Source: Candidatus Schekmanbacteria bacterium (GTDB taxonomy: Bacteria; SZUA-182). Taken from it: a DNA stretch of 42,746 nucleotides. Position 1 is the stretch's first letter. Each line of letters begins with the position of its first letter. The stretch spans positions 1 through 42,746 of the forward strand of contig JACRJN010000162.1 in NCBI GenBank assembly GCA_016235675.1, written 5' to 3'. Shown piece after piece: positions 1 through 8,139 of the stretch. The notes under the pieces are model-generated. The model was not told the DNA's origin. It was given only the letters and a program-made list of their open reading frames with translations, and searched no databases. A program made the position numbers and the translations under genes.

Positions 1-128
1 CCTTCAGGGCTGAACTTCAGGGCGTTAGCCCTGCAATTATGACTCTCAATACTTTCGGCGCGTTCCATACGAACATACCTTTTTTTGCAGCCCTAAGGGG
101 CTGAAAATACGTGGCTGAAGCCACGGGA
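1..128. repeat. family B' element (hairpin gtggctgaagccac; gggctg/cagccc motifs)
   Basis: Tandem with a second copy at 232-318. Confidence 0.7.
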
Positions 129-231
129 CTACGTTTTTAAATATATAAATATCTATCTTTAGGTGAACACTCTCTGATTTGCATGGCAAAGCCATGCAAT
201 AACGACTCACAACTGGTTAAATCTTCTCAAG

Positions 232-318
232 TTAATTCACACCTTTCGGACTGAACATGCCTTTTATCTCAGCCTAAGGCTGAAAATGCGTGGCTAAAGC
301 CACGGGACTACATTTTTT
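232..318. repeat. family B' element copy
   Basis: cagcctaaggctgaaaatgcgtggctaaagccacgggactacatttttt matches 88-128. Confidence 0.7.
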
Positions 319-336
319 ATGTCGAACTCAGGTTAA

Positions 337-648
337 CTAAATGGCTTTGATCCTTAGAGGTACGGTTTGTTCTTCTGTTTCGTCTGTTTCTTCTTCATCG
401 GTTTCATCTTCTAAAAGCGTTCCGTTTTCTCGCAGCTTATCCAATCGGTCAAGCAATTCCTTTTCCCTGGCATCGAATTCTTCTTCGGTAATCTGCTTGG
501 TTTCCAGCATCATGTAAAGCTCGTTTAGCCGGACGGTGATGTTGCCCGCCTCCTGGGCAAGCTCCTGTGCCGCCGCATCATGTATATTGCGAAAAACCCA
601 GAAAAGACTGCGGGTCGGAAATAATAGAATGTCGTCAATAAGAAACAT
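337..648 (-). CDS. gvpG: gas vesicle protein GvpG-like
   Basis: 103 aa. The N-terminus MFLIDDILLFP..LFWVF and the size resemble the GvpG family. It is the last gene of the minus-strand gvp cluster, directly downstream of a gvpF/L homolog. Confidence 0.55.
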   Translation of the reverse strand: MFLIDDILLFPTRSLFWVFRNIHDAAAQELAQEAGNITVRLNELYMMLETKQITEEEFDAREKELLDRLDKLRENGTLLEDETDEEETDETEEQTVPLRIKAI

Positions 649-666
649 TTAACCCCTCATCTAATC

Positions 667-784
667 CCAATACTGTTCACTTAACGTAGCGCAGACCTTC
701 AGGTGTCTGCTCCTTCGTTCCCGCCAAAGCTACCCCATAAGCAGGGCTAGAAGCCCTGCGCTACGTCTTAAGTGAACGGTATTG
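667..784. repeat. MITE/REP-like palindromic element, family A (caatactgttcacttaacgtagcgcag...ctgcgctacgtcttaagtgaacggtattg)
   Basis: ~118 bp element with ~27 bp terminal inverted repeats. A near-identical copy lies at 17886-18001. Confidence 0.85.
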
Positions 785-787
785 CAT

Positions 788-1534
788 CTAAACCTTAAGG
801 TCTATTTCAACAAAGTTGTGCGGCGCCCAGGGGCCGTTATAGTCAAAGGCAAAGTTATCGTCAAACAACCCGGCGGCCTTAAAAACGCCGGCCTCAAAAT
901 CACTCTGGGCATTTTTGGCAATCAAACAGGCCAGATTCATTATCTGATGTTCGTTATGCGGCGGATTGCGTTTAATTTCAAAACAGAGAGGATTCAATAT
1001 CTCTTCCACCATGCCGGTAAAGAATAGCCTGTCTTCTTCAAGAATACGGGCAAACATCTGTCCCAATTCGATTTTCTCTCCCTGGGAAGGTTCGCGGTTA
1101 ACCCCAAAAACCCGGTCGCGTTCAGAACGCATTTCAGGATGAGTCTGCACAAAATAATCAAAAAGGTTAGGGGCGTCCAAACTAACGCGCAACCCCATTT
1201 CCACTTTGTTTTCAACCCGTTTAAGCTGAGCCAGGAAAACCCCCTGGTTCAAAGAAAGAATTTTCAAAATCCCGTCAGAGCTGTCTGCAATGACGCCAAA
1301 AGACATGGGCAAAACAGTGCCTTGCGCCATTAAACGTTTGAGGACTTCCTGATGGGCGGCGATATTGCGCCGTTCCGGACGTATCTTCTGGTTGGGAACA
1401 TCGCTCACCAGGGCGGCCATTTTCCCGTCGGAAACGCTGTAAACATCGCTGCCGTTAATACCAAAAGCGCCATATGTGCGCCCTTTAGCTTCGGCTACAA
1501 TACAATACAAGTATCTTCCTGCATTTTTTCCCAT
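788..1534 (-). CDS. gvpF: gas vesicle protein GvpF/GvpL family
   Basis: 248 aa. N-terminal YLYCIV motif and C-terminal GPWAPHNF motif are typical of GvpF/L. It is a paralog of the ORFs at 5614-6309 and 6315-7112. Confidence 0.8.
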   Translation of the reverse strand: MGKNAGRYLYCIVAEAKGRTYGAFGINGSDVYSVSDGKMAALVSDVPNQKIRPERRNIAAHQEVLKRLMAQGTVLPMSFGVIADSSDGILKILSLNQGVFLAQLKRVENKVEMGLRVSLDAPNLFDYFVQTHPEMRSERDRVFGVNREPSQGEKIELGQMFARILEEDRLFFTGMVEEILNPLCFEIKRNPPHNEHQIMNLACLIAKNAQSDFEAGVFKAAGLFDDNFAFDYNGPWAPHNFVEIDLKV

Positions 1535-1627
1535 GTGAATTACATCCTGACTGGATGACCTAAAATGTTTGGTGCAGCCATGTCCTGTATCATAACGTTG
1601 CTGACCGATTTTAGCTGACCTGGTTAG

Positions 1628-1825
1628 TTATAAAGTATGCTCAAAGGCTTCTTCAACCGATAGGCGTGGCATAATCTTTACGAAGTTGACCGATTTTAAG
1701 TGTCCCTGCTCGGTACAGATCTCCAGGAGTGCACTGCAAGCAAAGCACTTGACCTGACCTTTATAATCCTCATAAAGATCATCCAGGTCTACATTGTGTC
1801 CGCAAGAAAGACAGTTGATTTTCAT
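1628..1825 (-). CDS. small zinc-ribbon protein (CxxC...CxxC), hypothetical
   Basis: 65 aa with two CxxC pairs (CLSCGHN, CFAC). A good RBS (aaggagaataacag) precedes the ATG. Embedded in the gvp cluster. Confidence 0.4.
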   Translation of the reverse strand: MKINCLSCGHNVDLDDLYEDYKGQVKCFACSALLEICTEQGHLKSVNFVKIMPRLSVEEAFEHTL

Positions 1826-1878
1826 CTGTTATTCTCCTTTTCTTTTCCGGGGCGGCTCACCCCCTATGTGCATATGCC

Positions 1879-1988
1879 CTAACTTAAACGTAGCGCAGGG
1901 CTTTAGCCCTGCCAGCAGCCGCAACGTTTGTGCCCAATCCGGGGCAGACCTAAAGGTCTGCGCTACAGATAAATGCCTTAAGTTAGCG
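1879..1988. repeat. palindromic element, family A' (ctaacttaaacgtagcgcagggctttagccctgc...cagacctaaaggtctgcgctac...gccttaagttagcg)
   Basis: Copies at 19028-19140 and a partial copy at 32431-32514. Confidence 0.85.
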
Positions 1989-1998
1989 CCTATGCCCC

Positions 1999-2367
1999 CT
2001 ATGCGATACCCTGCCCCTTGCAGGTAGTACAGTAAAATATCCCCGCTTCACCCGTTCCTTTACAGGCAGGACAAGTGCCGGCCTCCTGGGACACGGACAC
2101 TACCCCCACTCCTTTGCAGGCCAGACAGCTTAAATCGCCGCCTTCACGCCCTGTACCGAAACACTTCCGGCAGGTAACCACCGGTGGGTTGACCTTGATT
2201 TGGCCACTGGCGCCGCAGATGGGACAGCGGCTCATGTTCCCGTATTTCGGGTCGACTCCAGTGCCCTTGTAGTAAGCGCAGGTTACTGAATCTACAAAGC
2301 GCTTGTCCCGTATGCGTCTTCCCTTTAGTTTACCTGATTTGGCCAGTACTTCCTGGGCATATTCCAT
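1999..2367 (-). CDS. DnaJ CR-type zinc-finger protein (CxxCxGxG repeats), no J domain
   Basis: 122 aa with five full CxxCxGxG repeats plus one degenerate repeat. Paralog of 3977-4360. Located inside the gas-vesicle cluster. Confidence 0.6.
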   Translation of the reverse strand: MEYAQEVLAKSGKLKGRRIRDKRFVDSVTCAYYKGTGVDPKYGNMSRCPICGASGQIKVNPPVVTCRKCFGTGREGGDLSCLACKGVGVVSVSQEAGTCPACKGTGEAGIFYCTTCKGQGIA

Positions 2368-2370
2368 CGG

Positions 2371-2589
2371 TTACCTCGCTTTCGTCGGTTGGCTGCACTC
2401 CAGGTGTTCACCCCATTGCCGGGCAAGCCGAATGCGCTGCTGCTCCCGGTTGGCCAGTCTGGCTTCCTCCCGATACATTCTCATACCATCCCAATGGGAG
2501 GTGGCTATACCGGTAGCTGTCCTGCACGAACGAAAGCTTTCGATGTTTCGGCTGCTGCGACAGTGAGCCATACTCTTCAAAGTAAGCAT
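2371..2589 (-). CDS. possible small Arg-rich ORF filling the gap between two gvp-cluster genes
   Basis: Sits in a 240 bp gap inside an otherwise tightly packed operon. Start placed at the internal Met (MLTLK). No recognisable motif. Confidence 0.15.
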   Translation of the reverse strand: MLTLKSMAHCRSSRNIESFRSCRTATGIATSHWDGMRMYREEARLANREQQRIRLARQWGEHLECSQPTKAR

Positions 2590-2611
2590 TGGTGTTTTCC
2601 TTAAAATGATA

Positions 2612-2938
2612 TTAGTACTTAATCTTGATGCCACCCGTATTTAAGCGAGGCTGAGGCATTATGACCGGAACATCGGATGGATTAGCGTCTTTTTGCTTGG
2701 CTAACACCTTCAATAGTCTGGCCTTTTGAACCTCGATTTCTTGAAAGCGGGCATCTATATTCTTCACTCGCTGTAGGGCGCTTTCTTTTTCCTTGCCCCG
2801 CCGAACCTTCTCCAGTTCCAGGTAGCTAAGCTTAAGATGTGTTCTATAGGGAGTGGCTTCCTGATCGACCCTGCCAGAATGAGTACGGATGTCCTGTAGT
2901 CCCCGTATATTTTGTATGTTAGTTCTGGGGATAGCCAT
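2612..2938 (-). CDS. hypothetical coiled-coil protein in gvp cluster
   Basis: 108 aa, basic with a charged helical stretch. Begins 12 nt downstream of the gvpN stop on the same strand. No family recognised. Confidence 0.4.
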   Translation of the reverse strand: MAIPRTNIQNIRGLQDIRTHSGRVDQEATPYRTHLKLSYLELEKVRRGKEKESALQRVKNIDARFQEIEVQKARLLKVLAKQKDANPSDVPVIMPQPRLNTGGIKIKY

Positions 2939-2950
2939 AGCTTGCTCCGG

Positions 2951-3973
2951 TTATATGCAGGCTGGTTGCGCTGCTTGGTTTGTTTTTTGTGGCTTGGGTG
3001 ATTTGCCGATGTTAGCGACATTTGGCTTACAACTTTGCTGGATTATCTCGTTTATCTTTTGCAACATTAACGACTTACCATCGTGGGTAACCTTGGCTGT
3101 GTTCATGCTGAGAACATCATGGCAGACCCGCTGGAAGATGGGATCGTTCCGCTGGGCATGTCCCCCCAGGTGGGTCAGAATCCTGCCGATGGCAATACAG
3201 GCGCGGATGGTTGGATGGTGGTTGTTCACCCCGAAGTCGCGCAGTTTACTTACCACATCTACGACAACCTCCGCCTCTGACCTTGGAAGGCCCGATTTGG
3301 CCATAGTAATCTCAATCCCCGTTTCCTGATCATAGTGGCCAAGCTGGATGGTAATAAGCCGGTCCATCAAGGCATCCTGGGTTTTATGCACCCCGGCATA
3401 TTCCTCCGGATTGGAGGTGAAAATAGCCCTGAACTTCGGATGAACTTGCAAATAACCCTCTCCCAGGCGGCGCAGCTTCGGCAAATTGAGAATCTTCTCC
3501 TCCAGCACACTCAACAACACATTATTGGCTTCCGGCCGCGAACGGGTAAACTCGTCATAGATAACTGTGTCCCCATTCTGACAGGCCATGGTAAGCCGAT
3601 TGTCCACCCACAGACTCTTCATTTCCTCTTCGGTTTTCAGTACCGAGTGGATGAAATTATCGATGAGTTTATGCTTGCGATAACCGGCATCGCGACCCAC
3701 CAGATCGGAACTGCCGAACTCATCATCCCCATGGATGAGGGTTACCGGCCGGCCGCGTTTGGCGGCCACATGAAAGGCCAGAGTAGTTTTTCCCGTGCCT
3801 GCCGGTCCGGCAAAGTGTACCGGATAGCCCACCTCGAGATAAGCCAGGGCACGCTCTGTTATCTCCTGGATATAAGGCGTGTTGACAAACTCCTCGCCGG
3901 CCTCGGGGGTAATGTTGTCAGCGTTGGGCTGGATTCTTTCCATGGACGTATTCTTTAAGTTTTGGCTATTCAT
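2951..3973 (-). CDS. gvpN: gas vesicle protein GvpN (AAA+ MoxR-like ATPase)
   Basis: Walker A motif GPAGTGKTT and overall GvpN/CbbQ-like sequence. Its ATG lies 3 nt after the stop of the upstream zinc-finger gene. Has a C-terminal extension of roughly 60 aa. Confidence 0.85.
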   Translation of the reverse strand: MNSQNLKNTSMERIQPNADNITPEAGEEFVNTPYIQEITERALAYLEVGYPVHFAGPAGTGKTTLAFHVAAKRGRPVTLIHGDDEFGSSDLVGRDAGYRKHKLIDNFIHSVLKTEEEMKSLWVDNRLTMACQNGDTVIYDEFTRSRPEANNVLLSVLEEKILNLPKLRRLGEGYLQVHPKFRAIFTSNPEEYAGVHKTQDALMDRLITIQLGHYDQETGIEITMAKSGLPRSEAEVVVDVVSKLRDFGVNNHHPTIRACIAIGRILTHLGGHAQRNDPIFQRVCHDVLSMNTAKVTHDGKSLMLQKINEIIQQSCKPNVANIGKSPKPQKTNQAAQPACI

Positions 3974-3976
3974 TGA

Positions 3977-4360
3977 TTATTTACCCCTTTCAGATTCATT
4001 GTTACCGGTAATCCTTCCCCGACCATGACATTTAAGACAAGCCATAGCCATAGCCGAGCTATCGTCCCCCGTCCCCCGGCACTCCGGACAGATAACAGTT
4101 GGTTCGGGCAGCGCGGACACAACACCCTTACCATTGCAAACGTTACAGGTAAAGGTCTTAATGGCTCCCGTGCCGCGGCAGTGCGCGCAGGCCTCATAAG
4201 GCACCTGTACCTGCACTAAGCCCTTGCCATTGCAAACGCAACAGTTGGAAAGCGATGACATAACATCGAAGGGGTCTTTCCCCTTGCCTTTACAAAAAGC
4301 ACAACTAACCTGTAACATCTTTGGCTTCTTTTTTCTTTTTCCGATTAGCGCCTCAGGCAT
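3977..4360 (-). CDS. DnaJ CR-type zinc-finger protein (6x CxxCxGxG), no J domain
   Basis: 127 aa with six CxxCxGxG motifs (CAFCKGKG, CVCNGKG, CAHCRGTG, CNVCNGKG, CPECRGTG, CLKCHGRG), enough for three predicted Zn centres. Lys-rich N-terminus. Translationally coupled to gvpN. Confidence 0.6.
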   Translation of the reverse strand: MPEALIGKRKKKPKMLQVSCAFCKGKGKDPFDVMSSLSNCCVCNGKGLVQVQVPYEACAHCRGTGAIKTFTCNVCNGKGVVSALPEPTVICPECRGTGDDSSAMAMACLKCHGRGRITGNNESERGK

Positions 4361-4408
4361 ATCCTATCCCCTTTTGCCGGTATTATAAAATCGCTACCAA
4401 ACGTTAAA

Positions 4409-4456
4409 GGAGTAGAGACTTTAGTCCCGTAAAAACGAGGCTAAAGCCTCTACTCC
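4409..4456 (-). terminator. long imperfect hairpin between the gvpA module and the zf-gvpN module; possible intra-cluster attenuator
   Basis: ggagtagagactttagtcccg...cgaggctaaagcctctactcc forms a stem of about 18 of 21 bp, flanked by T-rich sequence on both strands. Confidence 0.3.
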
Positions 4457-4527
4457 ATTCTTATTCTTTGATTGCGGAATGGTATTATACTTAATGAGTT
4501 CATAATTTGCGATTTATTATTCAGCAA

Positions 4528-4778
4528 AATTTCAACCTGTATGTTTGCCGTAAAAGTAAAAACCCCGGACTCCATTATTCGTGCCGCTTTTGTGCGGGCG
4601 TTGCCCGCATCACAGGCAGGATGCCTGTGCTACCGGTACGGGCTGCGCCCGCTATTATTTGGTAGCACAGGCATCCTGCCTGTGTTTGGGTTGAGGAACG
4701 AAACTCAAGATTCCCTCGTTCGGTTTTATGTCTCTGTTCCAATTTTTGAAATCACAATTTATGAGCTTTAAAAGTATA
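4528..4778. repeat. left copy of a ~250 bp inverted repeat flanking the gvpA-gvpF-gvpL-hsp20 module
   Basis: Near-identical to the reverse complement of 8140-8405. Contains ggtagcacaggcatcctgcctgtg hairpins. The ORF-track peptides 4472-4771(+) and 8149-8376(-) share the C-terminus ...RNETQDSLVRFYVSVPIFEITIYEL, which is the signature of the inverted repeat. Confidence 0.85.
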
Positions 4779-4780
4779 TG

Positions 4781-5011
4781 TCAAGCAGCTTTGCTTTTAC
4801 CAAAGAAGGCCTGGTAACCACCGGCCATATCAGCACGGACATCAGCCAACATCCCGGAGACATTTTTGCTTCTCTCGGTATTGGCGTTTTGGAAATCGGC
4901 TCGCATCTTAGCCACATTATGCTGTATATCGGCAACAAATGCCTTACGCCCTTCATGTCCAGCTATGATTTCATCGTGTAATCGGTTCATATCATCAGTT
5001 AGATGTCCCAT
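4781..5011 (-). CDS. small helical protein with two ~17-aa repeats, directly downstream of gvpA
   Basis: 76 aa. AFVADIQHNVAKMRADF and GMLADVRADMAGGYQAF align as internal repeats. The position just after gvpA is analogous to gvpC. Confidence 0.4.
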   Translation of the reverse strand: MGHLTDDMNRLHDEIIAGHEGRKAFVADIQHNVAKMRADFQNANTERSKNVSGMLADVRADMAGGYQAFFGKSKAA

Positions 5012-5124
5012 TTTTCTGCTCCTTATTTTCTTAGCCCCCCAAAGAAAGAGTTACCCGGATTCCCTGCCGGGAAAGGTCATTTCTAACCTCTCCCGGCATT
5101 AAGAATCTATAAAATTTGGTTCCG

Positions 5125-5343
5125 TTACGCAGGCATTGCAGCGCTTGCGGTCAAACCGATAGCTTCGGCATACTTCAGATAGGTTTCAACCGAGGCGATA
5201 ACCACTCTGGCTTCAATGGAGAGTAATTCGATTCCCACCAACGAAACTTTCACCCAGGCATCAATTACGATACCTTTGTCCAAGATACGATCAATAACTT
5301 CAGCCAAGCTCGAAGAATCTGTCGACTTTTGAATCTTAGCCAT
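5125..5343 (-). CDS. gvpA: gas vesicle structural protein GvpA
   Basis: 72 aa. [55 protein letters not shown] is near-identical to canonical GvpA. A gggagg RBS is present. Confidence 0.95.
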   Translation of the reverse strand: MAKIQKSTDSSSLAEVIDRILDKGIVIDAWVKVSLVGIELLSIEARVVIASVETYLKYAEAIGLTASAAMPA

Positions 5344-5613
5344 GATGAATACACCTCCCTTTTTTAGGAATTAGGAATTATCGTCAGCGCTGACTTTTTG
5401 TTTTAACATGGTCTGTTTGCCATGTCATTGCAATGCCCATATGTAATGCCAGTATTATGCCATTTTTAGCATGTTTTAGTCATGATGATTTTCAGTGTGT
5501 TTATAAACAACTAGTTAGCTAAATAATTGTAACTTTAATATCCCCCACCAATCAATGTCTGCCACTTGGGATAATATGTAATAATTCCCACACATATATG
5601 GTAATGGATACCC

Positions 5614-6309
5614 CTATATCTGGACAAAATTGTAGGGGGGCCAGGGGCCGCTTAAAAGCAGTTCTCCTGATGCTTGTAGTTTGATTTGGCGGGCAGCGTG
5701 ACAAAACCGCTCAACAGAATTTCCGGGCACCAGAAAATAAAGGGAAATTATCCGTTTATCTTCTGACACACAAAACTCTTGTTTGCTATGCACAAAAAAT
5801 TCGCTCAATTTATGGCAAACCGTTTTCACCAGCAGGTCCCGTTCATGGGCCAGCGGCTCTTCCTGTTGATAGTGTTGCCTCTTGGCAGCCAGGTATGCGT
5901 GTCCGGAACTATAGGTTGTCTCCGAACGTGGATTTTCCTTCTTCACACGGGGGGCATTAGGCAGAAGGAGGCGTATTCCCATTTCCTCGCAACCTGTTAG
6001 TTTTTGGATCAGGGATTTGAATTGTTCGGAATGCGCTTCCAGGAAACGAACAACCTGGGCCTCTTGCGCGAACAATGAACCGTAACGCATCGGTATTACC
6101 GCCCGGTTGTTATGAAAGTAGGTAACCACTTGATTGTAAGCGCAAATCCTTGGTATATCGGGGATCGCTTCCTGAGAATTAATTTGGGATACAGCCGCGC
6201 TTAAACCGCCATGGGCTATATAGAAGACAGGTTCTCCTCCCACCCCCAAAACAGCAGCTTTCCCTGGTTCATCCAGAGTGGAGAAAACACAATACAATAG
6301 ATAATTCAT
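5614..6309 (-). CDS. gvpF: gas vesicle protein GvpF/GvpL family
   Basis: 231 aa. LLYCVF at the N-terminus and the C-terminal SGPWPPYNF motif. Confidence 0.8.
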   Translation of the reverse strand: MNYLLYCVFSTLDEPGKAAVLGVGGEPVFYIAHGGLSAAVSQINSQEAIPDIPRICAYNQVVTYFHNNRAVIPMRYGSLFAQEAQVVRFLEAHSEQFKSLIQKLTGCEEMGIRLLLPNAPRVKKENPRSETTYSSGHAYLAAKRQHYQQEEPLAHERDLLVKTVCHKLSEFFVHSKQEFCVSEDKRIISLYFLVPGNSVERFCHAARQIKLQASGELLLSGPWPPYNFVQI

Positions 6310-6314
6310 ATATT

Positions 6315-7112
6315 TTAAACAGGCATAAGGGAAGCGGAAAAGCTATATGGAGGCCATGGCCCGGAATATTCCAGCGCTATACCCCATTGATTATACTCGG
6401 TATTTAGTTTTTTTATGCACTCACAAAAGTCCATTACCCGGTCTTTCGGAACTAAAAATGCCCAATTCAGCGCCATATCCGTATCTTTGCCGGTTACTTC
6501 GCGGGAAAGCACTTTGCGCTCACAAAAATCCGCCGCATACCCGGACAGATCGGCAGCCAGTTTTTTAGCGCGCTCTTTTAGCCAATGGTTTAATTCCGCA
6601 TCTAAACTGTTTTTTATGCGCTGCTCCTCAAAATAGCGCTTCCCTGGCGCTAATGCAGCCAACTTTTCCCTGTTCTGACTAACCAACAAGGCAAAGAGTT
6701 TTTCTTTGGCCGCCGTTTTATCCAGAAAACCCTTTAGCGACCATTCCTCTTTATCCCGCATTTTTTCCAGAAAGGATAAAATTGCGGGATAGCGTTCTTC
6801 CAATAGTCGGTATAATTTTTCCCGCGCAGAAAAAATAGTGCCAAAGCGCGCCGGGAACAGGGGGGAATGAGCCATTATCTGTTCAAGCACCAATTCATGA
6901 CGGCAAGCCCGGGGAGCCACCCAGTTTAAATCCTGTAATTTAGCCTGTGCCTCCTCGCTGCAAAAATCTTCCAGGCAGACCGTACCTGCCACAGCAACAA
7001 TGTCTTTAACTCTATGTAATATCAGAGGCATTTGCTCTTCCAATCCCGTGCCTTCAAGGTCGGGCAGCAGATCGGAATAGGCAATGCCAAATAAATAGAT
7101 GCCGTTTTGCAT
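6315..7112 (-). CDS. gvpL: gas vesicle protein GvpL/GvpF family
   Basis: C-terminal YSGPWPPYSF motif. The start is moved to the Met of MQNGIYLFGIA because the longer ORF's N-terminus (through 7151) runs into a palindromic repeat at 7120-7207. Confidence 0.75.
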   Translation of the reverse strand: MQNGIYLFGIAYSDLLPDLEGTGLEEQMPLILHRVKDIVAVAGTVCLEDFCSEEAQAKLQDLNWVAPRACRHELVLEQIMAHSPLFPARFGTIFSAREKLYRLLEERYPAILSFLEKMRDKEEWSLKGFLDKTAAKEKLFALLVSQNREKLAALAPGKRYFEEQRIKNSLDAELNHWLKERAKKLAADLSGYAADFCERKVLSREVTGKDTDMALNWAFLVPKDRVMDFCECIKKLNTEYNQWGIALEYSGPWPPYSFSASLMPV

Positions 7113-7119
7113 ATTTTTT

Positions 7120-7207
7120 GATGTTTCGGTGTGTTTCACGCCGAAACCCATAAGGGGGTAACGTTACCCCTTGTTAGTTTCGGCGTGAGGACACGCCGAA
7201 ACATCAG
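7120..7207. repeat. family C triple hairpin (tttcgg[cg]gtg..cac[cg]ccgaaac / gggtaacgttaccc)
   Basis: Copies at 8406-8450, 8508-8529, 9580-9606, 32372-32430 and 32519-32576. Confidence 0.8.
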
Positions 7208-7265
7208 AAGCGTAGTTTCAAGCTTTTTACTCATCCCTCCTCCTTCCGACTTCATCCTGGTGTTT

Positions 7266-7772
7266 TTACTTGTTACACTTAATCTTCGCAATCCCGTTTT
7301 TGCAGGAGACACTTATTTTATCCTCTGTGAAATTCCCCGGCAGGAGTATTTCCTTGCGATACTTTACCTCGCTGTTTTCAGCGTAAATAGTTAGAATATC
7401 ATCCTTAACGCTAAGCCGGATATTTTTGGTCTGTATTCCGGGCATCTCAGCCACCACCAAGACATGATCCTCTTCTTCAAAAACATCCACAATCGGTTCG
7501 CGCACCTCACGAACGATTGATTCACCGCTCGTTTTATCCTTGCGAATATTTCCGAAAGGCTCAACTTTAATCCCGTTTCCCTGCAAGCCGGTTTTAATCG
7601 AAAAACCGAAAACACCCTTAATCGGATTGCACTTTTTATCCTCCAAATTAATTTCACTAACCCTGGAAAAGGCTTCCCCCTTTTCTGCCAGATCGCCAAG
7701 CGCTTCCACCAAATCCGTAAGCCCTTTTAAAATCCCTCCGGCTGGATTTTGCTGTTTTTTCTTCTTAGGCAT
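7266..7772 (-). CDS. Hsp20/alpha-crystallin family protein (gas-vesicle-associated small heat shock protein)
   Basis: The alpha-crystallin domain signature VFEEEDHVLVVAEMPG...LTIYAENS. A gaggagg RBS is present. It is the first gene of the minus-strand cluster. Confidence 0.75.
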   Translation of the reverse strand: MPKKKKQQNPAGGILKGLTDLVEALGDLAEKGEAFSRVSEINLEDKKCNPIKGVFGFSIKTGLQGNGIKVEPFGNIRKDKTSGESIVREVREPIVDVFEEEDHVLVVAEMPGIQTKNIRLSVKDDILTIYAENSEVKYRKEILLPGNFTEDKISVSCKNGIAKIKCNK

Positions 7773-8139
7773 TATCGTTACCTCCTCATCCCTGAGCTAA
7801 CTTATTGACAATCTCCATAATAAGAGTTCTGGAATATTTTTTACACATAGAGGGGTTGGTATGCTTTTTTTGTGCCGCTATAATAAGAAGCTTAACCGGT
7901 AGTAATCCATTTTTCAACCTAAAAGTTACTTTAGTGCCATATAGTGTACTGCACAGGGCAAAAAGACTGGTCGGGAATTTCGGCAATTATTTTTACCGTT
8001 GATGCGGCAGGGGTGGGGAATCCCATTAAACTCGACTAGTACAGCGTCTATTTAGTTTTGACTGGTTGCGCTTATTTTGCATTCCAAATAAAATGGACGA
8101 CGTACTAGTACACGATTTTATAAATAACTAAGATTATTT

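Noticed and set aside
2889-3329. 146-aa plus-strand ORF overlapping gvpN
   Set aside because: It is antisense to a confidently identified GvpN and has no recognisable motif.
4472-4771. 99-aa ORF (and its 75-aa twin at 8149-8376) inside the inverted repeats
   Set aside because: Both lie wholly within non-coding palindromic repeat DNA. The shared C-terminus is simply the repeat sequence. There is no RBS and no domain.
5400-5500. Possible sigma54-type TGGCA...TTGCA promoter, or a weak sigma70 promoter (tgacta-18-cataat), upstream of gvpA
   Set aside because: The GG-to-GC spacing does not fit the sigma54 consensus, and the sigma70 match is weak. It cannot be supported without a mapped transcription start site.
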